This document shows, in pieces, positions 22,495 through 33,023 of a stretch of 33,444 nt of DNA. The position numbers and the translations under genes were made by a program. This DNA is from Octopus bimaculoides. Its lineage: Eukaryota. The DNA lies in assembly GCF_001194135.2 (NCBI RefSeq), contig NC_068994.1:7558875-7592318 (forward strand). Direction: 5' to 3'. The stretch's first letter is position 1, and each line of letters opens with the position of its first letter. The notes under the pieces are model-generated. The model searched no databases. It worked only from the letters and a program-made list of their open reading frames with translations, and had not been told where the DNA came from.

Positions 22495-23017
22495 TACCTT
22501 TCTCTTTATAAATGTCCTGAAAATTCCACACAGCCTTGGCTTTGTTGTCTCATTTTATATAACATATACATGCTCATACAAGACCCACATTAGACTCCTT
22601 ACTCATATCATTATCAACCTGAGAGTTTAACTACAGTCCTTCCTAGCACTTACATAGTGTTACCTGCCACCTTGTGTCTTTTGGATACCAATACCTATCA
22701 TATATATANNNNNNNNNNNNNNNNNNNNNNNNNNNNNNNNNNNNNNNNNNNNNNNNNNNNNNNNNNNNNNNNNNNNNNNNNNNNNNNNNNNNNNNNNNNN
22801 NNNNNNNNNNNNNNNNNNNNNNNNNNNNNNNNNNNNNNNNNNNNNNNNNNNNNNNNNNNNNNNNNNNNNNNNNNNNNNNNNNNNNNNNNNNNNNNNNNNN
22901 NNNNNNNNNNNNNNNNNNNNNNNNNNNNNNNNNNNNNNNNNNNNNNNNNNNNNNNNNNNNNNNNNNNNNNNNNNNNNNNNNNNNNNNNNNNNNNNNNNAT
23001 ATATATATATATATATA

Positions 23018-23230
23018 CAGGGTGGCCCAAAAGTAGGTTTACGATTATCTCGTAGGCACTTTGAATTTCTTTTAAAACATTTTATTACATTTAAATTTCT
23101 ACCTTACAATTAACTAAATTAACATAGAATAATGGTTTCATATTCTTTTTATAATTAAGATCTAAACTGTTAATATATGTATGCGAAAGAGATAGTGGAA
23201 TAACTGTAAACGTACTTTTGGGCCACCCTG
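23018..23230. mobile_element. Tc1/mariner-type MITE, 213 bp
   Basis: Perfect 18-bp TIR CAGGGTGGCCCAAAAGTA / TACTTTTGGGCCACCCTG, flanked by TA inside a (TA)n tract. Confidence 0.9.
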
Positions 23231-23677
23231 TATATATATGTGTGTGTGTGTGTGTCATAATTTTTCTTTCTCGCTTTGTATGTATGTCTATATTTATACG
23301 CATGTATACATATGCGTGTGTGTATGCACACACACACATATGCATATGCTATGTTTTAAATCAAACAAGACTGTGTATGACCATTCACACGAGTATCCTA
23401 AATTATTTGAAAGCACAAACGATTTCTTAGTCAGCCAAGCTTAACCTAATTTCCTATTTCTCAATTTAGTGGTGGAGTAACTAGGCGTGTGTTTTCTCTT
23501 AAAAGACACAGGATGGTTGAGTGTTATTAAGACAAACACGATTGCTTGCGTGTCAATTGATTTTCCTTTCAACTTTGATTGGTTGTGACAGTTGCTATCA
23601 ATGTTAGGAGGCAAGATGAGACAAGACAGACAATACAAGCAACAAAACTTTTACAGTCATATAGTTTGCTACCTCAG

Positions 23678-23741
23678 GTACCCAGATCAAATTTTGTAGC
23701 TATTAGTCCTTAAGTACTGGAATCCACAGAGCTTGGTTAAG
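23678..23741 (+). other. Candidate 64-nt 5' UTR exon of MFSD13A
   Basis: Acceptor tttgctacctcag| at 23677 and consensus donor AAG|gtaagt at 23742; no transcript evidence. Confidence 0.35.
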
Positions 23742-23767
23742 GTAAGTGTATTGTTTTACATATAATG

Positions 23768-24032
23768 AAGGCACGTGGATTAGTGGGTAAGGCGTTTGGC
23801 ACATGATCACATGGTAGTGAGTTCGATTTCCAGTGGCATATTGTATCCTACAACAAAACACTTTATTCCACATTGCTTCTGTATTTCAAAGGACTGCCCT
23901 TGTCACGTTCTCTGTCATGCTGAGAACTATGTTAAAGGTATTCATGTCGGTGGGGTGCTCAGCCACTTGTGTGTTGGTTTTGTGGGCAGGGTATTATGTT
24001 GATCGGATCAACTGGAACCCCCGATGGAGTGA
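23768..24032 (+). mobile_element. Degenerate SINE with E-like head and D-like 3' half
   Basis: Head aligns with 147-260; 3' half aligns with 13738-13914; duplicated at 24425-24608. Confidence 0.55.
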
Positions 24033-25109
24033 CAATTCATTTGTAAAAAAAAAGAAAAAGGGAAAACTTTGTTATTTAAGAAAACCTGTGACTGACATGA
24101 ATTACTTACAGGTAACAGTGCACTAAAAGCAATTAGCTTAGTGTTTACATATTCAACGTTGTGAGTTTATGTATGGGCCAATAGGTATGTGAGTTTATAA
24201 ATTGTGAATTTATGTATGGACCAATATGGGCCATGCACCCCAGAGAGAGAGAGAGAGACTCAAAGCTTGTAATTAAGAATTAAAAATATATATTTACAGC
24301 AATCAAATAAATCATTTGTAACATGTATTTTGCTTGTTTAAATTTTTTAATTGAATAGAGTTCCTTAATGAATTCAATTAGGTAGGTACAAAATTCGGTT
24401 AATCGTTTTATTAGNNNNNNNNNNTACAACAAAACACTTTATTCCACATTGCTTCTGTATTTCAAAGGACTGCCCTTGTCACGTTCTCTGTCATGCTGAG
24501 AACTATGTTAAAGGTATTCATGTCGGTGGGGTGCTCAGCCACTTGTGTGTTGGTTTTGTGGGCAGGGTATTATGTTGATCGGATCAACTGGAACCCCCGA
24601 TGGAGTGACAATTCATTTGTAAAAAAAAAGAAAAGAAAAGCCGTTGGAAAACAGATTATAGCAGCGACTCCATCTAAGAAGATCTGAAGAAGGAATTGTA
24701 TTCCAAAATATCATCGGACTATAGATAACTAAATTACAACAGGTATATAGTCCATTTTTTGTATTATAGTGCATTGTTGTACCATTCAAAACTTTTTATT
24801 CTTTAAATTCTCCAAGGTTTATCTCTTGATTAATAGTCTTGTCTTATACTTCTTCTGATTTTGTCTTTGTTCCCTTTTTCTTTTCTTATAGAACCCAGTC
24901 CGATGAGAGAAGAGGAATTTCTGAGAGAGCCCCAAAATTTGTAACCAAATGAACCCCGAAACAACAAGCATCCCTTACTCTATACAAGACATTATTCAAC
25001 TTTTGAATGCTTCTTGTAAAGCAACGCACTTCTTTGATTATATCTTTTTGTTTGTCTTATTATTTCAAGTCTCTTTTATATTCTGATAGAATTCCTGGGA
25101 GATTTCAAA

Positions 25110-25981
25110 ATGGCAAACACAGGCATTCCTCTCGATATTTGTTATGGTTCATTATCTTTGTTCACCACAATTCTTCACAACATTTTCCTTCTCTACCATG
25201 TCGACATGTTCGTGTCCTTTTATAAAATTGACAAACTTTCCTTTTGGATTGGGGAATCCATATTCCTCGTGTGGAATTCCTTGAACGACCCACTCTTTGG
25301 CTGGCTCAGCGATCGGCAATACCTCTCGCCACATTCAACAGCATCTTCTTTCAAGAGCAACGAACCATACTCCAAAAGTAATACAGGCTCCTCGTCATCC
25401 AAAGAAGAAAATCTCTACACATACAACAAGTCGAAATACAGTGAAAAGCCATTCCCATCGAGTTATTCCAACTACAGTAAAATCAATAACCGACAGAGCA
25501 ATCCAGAATTATTGCAGTCCGAACCGAATTCTATCAATGCATCGATAATATCACACCGCCTCAACTCCCTTGCATGGAATGGACCCATGTTTGCTGTTTC
25601 TTTTGCCCTCTTCTGGGTATCCTGGCTGTCACCTGGCTTGCAATTTGTCGTTTGCCTCTGCCTCTATGACAGTTTCTTGACTTCAGTTGATCTCCAACAC
25701 AATGCCCTCTTGGCTGACCTGGCCATATCAGCTGACGTACGGACACGGCTTAATGCCTGCAGTGCAATCTTTAGTGCCTTTGGATCTGTGTCCGTGTTTG
25801 TGTCTTATGCTGTTTGGCACCAAGAAAACCTTGTATCATTCCGTGCCTTCTGTTTGTTGCTCTCCGTTTTATCCATCTTGGGGTTCTACGTCGGGATCCG
25901 TCTCCTAAGGACAGTAGCCATTCCTCTCTGTTCAAAGAATTCATCCGTGGCTGTAGAAAATACTCAGTCAAAACTTTCTAG
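25110..25981 (+). CDS. MFSD13A: MFSD13A coding exon 1 (aa 1-290, N-terminal TM helices)
   Basis: ORF-track 295-aa ORF; aaaATGg start; donor AG|gtacat at 25981/25982, phase 2. Confidence 0.95.
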
Positions 25982-28900
25982 GTACATTTTTTTTTAATCT
26001 AAATATTTTTCATCACCACCACCACCACCACCACCACCATCATCATTTTAATGTTAACTTTTCCATGCTTGCATGAGTTGAATGAAATTTATTGAGGCAG
26101 ATTTTTTGTCACCACCTGTTTTCAAGCTTTGTAAATATTTGCCCCATGGCCAGACATGTTTTAACAGATTTTTGGAAATGAATGACATTGCTTGTAATAT
26201 GATTTGGGGGGATTAAAGTATGAATCCAAGGTGGAGGGCTGGCAGAATTGTTAGAGCATTGAACCAATTTTCTCGTGCTGTTTGTACCAGCTGTTTTAAG
26301 TTCAAATTCAGCTAGGGTCAACTTTGCTTTTCTTTTGTCTTTCCAGTTTTGATAAAATAAAGCACCAGTCTAAGACTGTAAATTGCCTGAATCAGTAGAG
26401 CATTGGAGAAAATGCATTGTTCCAGTTCTAAGGTGACGAGCTGGTAGAACTGTTAGCATGCCAGGCAAAATTCTTGGCAGTATTTTGTCCACTTTTATGC
26501 TCTGAGTTCAAATTCTGCCGAGGTCAGTTTTGCCTTTCATCCTTTTGGGGTTGATAAAATAAGCACCAATTGAACCCTGGGGTCAATGTAATCAACTTAC
26601 CCCCTCCCCCGAAATTGCTGACCTTGTTCCAAAATTTGAAACCAATATTTTATTTATAGCACTTCGTTCTCTAAGTTCACTTGTGGCAACACTGGTGCCA
26701 AGCTGTATCAGTCCTTACCTTTTCCTCACGCAGCATTGGTGATATAGAGCAGTGCTCCACAACCGGTATACCATGGCACACTGATGTGTCATAAGACAAT
26801 GCTAGACAAAATATATATGTGTAAACATGCAAAATGAGAGGAAGAGACATCAGAGTCTAAGTTTGAATCATTAGAGTGCTACTATAAGTGTTTTCTATAT
26901 TTAGAATCTCTGGATCTCATCTATTGATAACTCTTCGAAATGCCGGTGTTTTAATGGTGGCATCTGATGAAGGATATGTTATCTATGTGGCCTGCTTGTT
27001 TGTTGTACCTTGTTTATCATTTTGTCCATGTTCCTTTGCAACGCCATGTACCTAGATATGTATCTATATGTACATGTAGATGAAGGTATGTACATACATG
27101 TACATATATATGCATATACTCATATATTGTTTATATATATATATATATCTACATACACATGGCCGGTATCTTTGTTTCCATCTACTAAATCCACCACAAT
27201 GCTTTGGTCAGCCCAGGGCTATAGTAGAAGACACTTGCCTAAAGTGCCATGTAGTGAAACTGAACCCAGAACCATTTGGTTGAGAAGTAAACTAATTACA
27301 TAGCCAAATTTGCACCTAATTGTCTGTTAATTTTCCCCTTTAACACAGCACAATGCTCTCTTTGTTCTTATTTTTTTTATCAAAATGTTACTAATTTTTC
27401 ATTATTCTTCACAGCTCCCTCAATTATCTCCGTCATTTTGGATCCTGTTCAAAAAGTTCTACCGACGACCTGAAGAATTATGTCCGTCAGTTAACAACAC
27501 ATCAAAATTTTATATGGTTTGCTCTCATGAATCTCATCCAGGTAAGGAGAAGACATCTATGCAGTTACAGTGTGTATGTGTGTAAACCTCCAGAATGTTG
27601 GTTTCTAATTTTGGCTGATTTAGGATTTGAAAGCTATTTTAGAGCCAGGAGTACACAAAAGTGCATTCACTGGTGCTTACAATCCAGTTATGTGAAGGAA
27701 ATTGTGTCCTTGTACTTCATTCTAATCAATGTAGCATAGCTGTCATTTTGTGCTTTCAAACTGCATTTAATCCAAAGGTCATAAATATGAAACCCTTTCA
27801 ACTCCAGGTTGAAAATTTAATTCAGTTCTGTCAATCCACTGCCCTTAACATTAATAATAATAACACTGATGATAATAATAATAATAATAATAACAACAAG
27901 AGCACTCAGAGAGTGCAAACCTCCCCCAAGGCAACACTAACATCCTCTCAACGATTAGCCAGAGATGATTTTTAAAATGAGAAAAATCTGAAATAAACTT
28001 GACAGCTCTCACAAGCGAGAATACTAAAAATGAACCCAACTGCTCTCAAAAAGTAAGTAAAAAGACAAGGAAAATAATGCAGAATCCTTGTCCAGTACCG
28101 GATTGATCTCAAAATCTAATCAGTTCGTGCCAATCACAAGGCCAAACATCCCTGAAAGTTTCATCCGAATCCATCCAGTGGTTCTTGAGATATCTTATTC
28201 ACGGACAAATAAACATGACTCTTTTACTTGTTTCAGTCATTTGACTGTGGTCATGCTGGAGCACCGCCTTTAGTTGAGCAAATCAACCCCAGGACTTATT
28301 TTTTGTAAGCTTAGTACTTATTCTATCAGTCTCTTTTGCTGAATCGCTAAGTTCTGCAAACAATAACCACCATCTACCAATGCTTACCAAATACATAACT
28401 GTCGAATCAGTATTATCATAAATGTGAGATAAACCCTTCTTAGCATAGTTTTGATCTCTGCTCCCTTAATCCTCTGCTTTATCTCCTTTACAGGTTTTTC
28501 ATTGTCATTTCAACAGCAACTTCTTTCCATTATTCTTGGATGTCTTACTGGGAAAAAATGGCAATTCACTCGGAGCTCTGCTACTTGGTATGTCTGCAAT
28601 CACAGTCTTTTTTTATTCTGAAAAACAGAAAATCTTTGAATGTCTTCACCCTATTTTGCTGTCTTTCTGGTATAGCAGGAATAGCATAAATGTAATCTCT
28701 ACCAAAAGAAGATAAAAGTTCTAAAATTAGACGACTGATCATGTTGCAGCTTTGTAGTCAAAATATATTTGGGACTCATTGTGAATAACCTCCCCCAGAG
28801 CTGTTTATTTTTGTCTTTAATTGAAAGAAAAAAAAAATTGGATTTTTGTTATGAAACAAGCGTGTATTGAACCCAGCACTTCATCTGGTAAAAGAGCAAG

Positions 28901-31900
28901 GCTGAGACATTTTGCAATTGAGGAAATTACCGATGTTTCTTCTTCAGGCAAAAACTTTACCCTTATGTAGACGACGAGAGTGATTTTGGACAATCAAACT
29001 GGTGAAATAAGTTGCAATTCAAGTGAACACATATGGTCATTGAGAAATAGGTCTATCATCGTTATTCTCCTGAATATTGTTTGTAACTCTGTTCATTAGT
29101 TTGCCTGTAATTCTTAATCTTCAGCTATGTATGGAATTACTTATATTTTTGCCCAGGGCATCAACCGGTGTCAGCCCTAGGTCTGAAAGCGTTAATGAAT
29201 TTAACTGGGGTATTTTAACTCAGGTATTTATACATGCTTTGACAGCAGATCTAGGGGTACTGTTATATTTCTCTTGTTTACTTACAAAGAATAGAATAAT
29301 AATCCAGACAGGTGTGTTGTCTGTGGTTCAATATACTTCTCTCATTTACTCACAAAGAAGAAAACACATTGGTACTCCAGGTAGGTGAGAAGTCTGTTTA
29401 TTCCAACTGTAAAACTCAAGACTGTAATAATAATGTAAACCAAAAATCAAGATTACTTCAATAATAACAACACATGCACAGGTTCAATTCCACTTCTTTA
29501 TTGTTAGTTGGGACCATCATTGATGGAGAGCGCTGATGGACCTGCATAACGATGTCTCTGGAACCACTAACTTTACTGTGGAGAGCAGTAAATATCAAAT
29601 TAGAAATAATTAGATATTTGATGACTAAGAGAAACGTATTAGTTAATGACTAATATTATTTCAATTACTTCACCGAGTATGGGCAACAACTCTGGACATG
29701 TTTCTTTTTTACTATGACTATGACCTCATCAGCAAATCTTAGTTTGTTTGTTCTTTTTCTTCTCCCTTGTTGCTTCAAGTCCTTTCTCCAAGCATTACTG
29801 TTTTGTTTCTTTTCCAGGGGTCTCTTTCGTGTTCCCACACATCAACAACATCTACTTTTTGTCCCTTTGCCGACGGCACGGAGTCTATAGAGTGGTTCTC
29901 CTTATGTTTGTTATGAAATTTTTATTGACTCTAACAATGTGTGGAATTGGTTCCAATTGTATCTGGGCCATTTGTATCTATATCGCAAGGTAAGTACTTC
30001 TCACTATCTCTCTCTCTCTCTCTCTTTTGTATACATCTGCTCATCATCATCATTACATTTACATGACACTAAACTCAGCTTGCACGTAACAAACATATTG
30101 CTTATGTGAATTAGAAAAAGGAACTTTGAGTATTAATCCTGTAGTATTTAAAACCCATATAGTCTCCCTGTTTTATGTTCAAACTGGCAGGATCTGGTTT
30201 CTCACACTTACCCTACAATGTCATTCTAAAACTAAGCAATCACATCCTTGAAATCTCAAAGATAATTCTTGATTAAGGGCGGCGAGCTGGCAGAATCGTT
30301 AGCACGCCGGGCGAAATGCTTAGCGGTATTTCGTCTGCCATTACATTCTGAGTTCAAACTCCGCCGAGGTCGACTTTGCCTTTCATCCTTTAGGGGTTGA
30401 TTAAACAAGTACCAGTTACGCACTGGGGTCGATCTAATCGACTTAAACCCTTTGTCTGTCCTTGTTTGTCCCCTCTATGTTTGCCCCTTGTGGGCAATAA
30501 AGAAATGGGTAATTCATGATTAATACAAAACACTATAAATAATTATAAGCATTACATTTCACTGAGTAATCTGAATGCCTTAAGGGGTTAATGTATCCTT
30601 AATATTTCAGCAACCGCGTCTTCACAGAAGGGACCTGTAAGCTCCTCAACCTCGTTGTCAGCGATCTTGTCGATGAAGACTGTGTCATACACGGCAGGCA
30701 TCAACCGGTGTCGGCTCTGATCTTTGGAACCGTGGCTCTTCTATCGAAACCTGGTCAGACACTAGCACCCCTCCTGGGGACATGGATGTTAAGTTGGCAG
30801 ACAGGTCCGTAACAGTTTTCTTCCTTTTTTTAACCATTTTCTTTTCCTTTGCTTTCTCTTACAATTAACTTTTGGTGCCAAATTAATCACAGTTCAATCA
30901 TTTTCTTTTTGTTACCTTTTGCTGGTTTCAATCATTGGATTGTAGCCATACTGGAGCACTTACCTTGAAGGCTTTTACTCAAACAAATCAATCCCAGTAC
31001 TCGTTCTGTCAATCGCTTTTTGCTGAACTGCTAAGTTAAGGGGACATACACAGGTCATCAAGCAGTAGCATGGGGGACACACATTATAGGCTTCCATACA
31101 ATTTCTGTTTGTGAAATTTACACACAAGGGCATTGGTCAGGGTTATAGCAAAAGACACTTTACCAAAGTTCCATGTAATGGAATTGAACCTGAAACCAAA
31201 TGGCTCAAAAGTGGGCCTTGAGCCAACTAAAACCTTGTGAGCAGATTTAAGTTAGTTTTCTACTCGAGTCATGTCAACTCATAAGGGCCGGTTTCCCGGT
31301 TTTCATAGCATATATATATTCTCCACCTGGACAGGACACCAGTCCCTCGCAGGTTTACTCATTTTTGCCAGCTGAGTGGACTGGAGCAACATGAAGTGAA
31401 GTGTTTTGCTCAAGAACACAATGTGTCACCCAGTTCAGGAATTGAAACTGCAATCTTACAATCATGAGTCCAACACCCAAACCAATAAACCACACGCCTC
31501 CACTGCGAGTGGATTTGGTAGATGGAAACAGAAAGAAGCCTATCATGTATGTGTGTGTGTGTGTGTGTGCATGTGTATCTTTCATGCGTTTGTTCCCCCT
31601 CCCACTTCACAACTGGTGTTTGTGTGTTTACATCCCGTTAGCTTAGCAGTTCAGTGAAAGAGACTGACAGAACCAGTTACCAAGCGTAAAAAATAAATAT
31701 TATGGTCAATTGGTGCAACTATAATCCTTCAAGGCGGTGCCCCAGCATGGCCACAGTCTATTTAAAGTTTGTGTTTACATCCCATTAGCTTAGCGGTTCA
31801 GTGAAAGAGACTGACAGAATCAGTTACCAAGCGTAAAAAATAAATATTATGGTCAATTGGTTCAATTATAATTCTTCAAGGCAGTGCCCCAGCATGGCCA

Positions 31901-32382
31901 CAGTCTATTTAAAGTTTGTATTTACATCCCGTTAGCTTAGTGGTTCAGTGAAAGAGACTGACAGAATTGGTTGCCAAGCGTAAAAAATAAATATTATGGT
32001 CAATTGGTTTGACTATAATCCTTCAAGGCGGTGCCCCAGCATGGTCACAGAAAAAAACTGAAGAATACAAGATTAAATATGATCCTTTCTCCACTCTTTC
32101 TTTCACAGAAGGAATGTTGGAGACCAGACGTTCTGTAGTTTCTTTTGCTTTCTCTCTTTTGCAGGTCACGAACTGTTCACAGCCGCGTCCAGCGAGGTCC
32201 GGTCATCCGATCTGAGTTCAGACCCAAACCACCGAATCGCCTGCTTCAATCTACTCGTTTACATCCCCATGGTGTGTGCCACATTTCAGATGCTCATCTG
32301 GCTGCTGAAGTTTCGTCTCCACGGACATCGACTGCACTGGATCAAAGCTGTTCGCTCTGGATCGTCTTCTCTAGCTGTATAA
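25110..32382 (+). CDS. MFSD13A: MFSD13A/TMEM180 major facilitator superfamily membrane protein, join(25110..25981,27415..27541,28494..28587,29818..29989,30611..30804,32165..32382), 1677 nt, 558 aa
   Basis: Spliced product contains motifs I recognise from MFSD13A: [77 protein letters not shown]. Exon phases 2,0,1,2,1 join without a frameshift and all introns are GT-AG. Confidence 0.95.
26233..26645 (+). mobile_element. Two to three head-to-tail family B SINEs
   Basis: gctggcagaattgttag at about 26238 and gagctggtagaactgttag at about 26438. Confidence 0.65.
27163..27306 (-). mobile_element. Family A SINE, degenerate
   Basis: Reverse-complement similarity to family A head/core. Confidence 0.65.
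27415..27541 (+). CDS. MFSD13A: MFSD13A coding exon 2 (SLNYLRHFG...[21 protein letters not shown])
   Basis: Acceptor ttcacag| at 27414, donor CAG|gtaagg, 127 nt. Confidence 0.93.
27895..28208 (+). mobile_element. Helentron-associated (HINE/DINE-like) non-autonomous element
   Basis: Starts aacaagagcactcagagag after (TAA)n; internal aaagtttcatccgaatccatccagtggttcttgagatatc...acggacaaataaaca resembles the HINE/DINE core. Recognition from memory only. Confidence 0.4.
28219..28352 (-). mobile_element. Family A SINE 3' tail
   Basis: tcttttacttgtttcagtcatttgactg...; similar tails at 8197-8345 (-), 18790-18911 (+), 30923-31080 (-). Confidence 0.65.
28494..28587 (+). CDS. MFSD13A: MFSD13A coding exon 3 ([31 protein letters not shown])
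   Basis: Acceptor tttacag| at 28493, donor G|gtatgt, 94 nt, ends phase 1. Confidence 0.94.
29818..29989 (+). CDS. MFSD13A: MFSD13A coding exon 4 ([23 protein letters not shown]...CIYIA)
   Basis: Acceptor tttccag| at 29817, donor AG|gtaagt, 172 nt. Confidence 0.94.
30133..30591 (-). mobile_element. piggyBac-like MITE (TTAA-flanked) carrying a nested SINE
   Basis: TTAA at both ends, degenerate CCCTT/AAGGG termini, body is the reverse complement of 33024-33222. Confidence 0.65.
30277..30508 (+). mobile_element. tRNA-derived SINE family B nested in the piggyBac-like MITE
   Basis: ggcggcgagctggcagaatcgttag...gagttcaaa...gccgaggtcgactttgcctttcatcc. Confidence 0.8.
30611..30804 (+). CDS. MFSD13A: MFSD13A coding exon 5 ([12 protein letters not shown]...[10 protein letters not shown])
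   Basis: Acceptor atttcag| at 30610, weak donor G|gtccgt at 30805, 194 nt; phase fits exon 6. Confidence 0.92.
31075..31620. mobile_element. Cluster of nested SINEs (family A -, family A + interrupted by family E -)
   Basis: The family A body gccttgtgag/gagtggatttggtag is split by a minus-strand tRNA-headed element at about 31280-31501. Confidence 0.55.
31620..32048. repeat. Tandem repeat, 147-bp unit x3, derived from the family A SINE tail
   Basis: tttacatccc at 31627, 31774 and 31921. Confidence 0.92.
32165..32382 (+). CDS. MFSD13A: MFSD13A coding exon 6 (HELFTAASS...[23 protein letters not shown])
   Basis: Acceptor cttttgcag| at 32164, TAA at 32380-32382. Confidence 0.93.
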
Positions 32383-32595
32383 GAACAACACTGGCTAAAT
32401 TCATCTGTGTAAATGTATGGGAGGGGGGTGGGTCATCATTCACATATACTCAGAGGTTGTATTTGGTGAAGGACAAATATTGTTTTTTTTTTTTTGTGTG
32501 TGTATAACTATGTATATACATATGTGAGATAGAGAGAAAGTGTGAGAGAAAGAAGGGATGAATGTGAGCATATTGAAATATTGTATAAGGCAGCT

Positions 32596-32605
32596 ATTAA
32601 ATAAA
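32596..32605 (+). terminator. Candidate polyadenylation signal of MFSD13A (overlapping ATTAAA/AATAAA)
   Basis: Hexamers about 215 nt after the stop, followed by T/GT-rich sequence. Confidence 0.55.
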
Positions 32606-33023
32606 ACTGCTTTGTATAGACATCAATTTTACTACAATCTATTGTCTGTTTATTTTTGTAATGGTGCTTGAAGGCCGTCTTAACATATCTTCACAATCAT
32701 CCCTCTCTCTCTTTTCCAAATAGTGCAGCCCTTGTGTCATTTTTTCCAGCAAACAAGTCAACACCGTTATCATCATAATGCTCTAATGTCCGTTTTCCAT
32801 GCTGCTATGGGTTCGGTGGTTTGACAGGAGCTGCACCGGGTTCCATCGTCTGTTTCGGCATGTCCTTCCCAACTCCAAACATTTCACAGATCATACTGTG
32901 TGCATTCTACGTTGCATCAGCACCGACAGGGTCACCAGGTACCTCGCAAGACAAAAACCCCGCTCAACTGGGAGTGGGGGGAGCAGTATTAAGAGGATGT
33001 GGTTTTGTGCCAGTTGAGAGATT

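Noticed and set aside
25982-25997. ORF-track C-terminus RYIFF* of the 295-aa protein
   Set aside because: Read-through into the intron; the true protein continues by splicing at 25981.
26964-26972. Isolated CTGATGAAG
   Set aside because: No downstream stem II-GAAA-stem III in the required order.
29077-29388. 103-aa ORF in MFSD13A intron 3
   Set aside because: Non-ATG start, no family resemblance, and not the frame that carries HQPVSAL.
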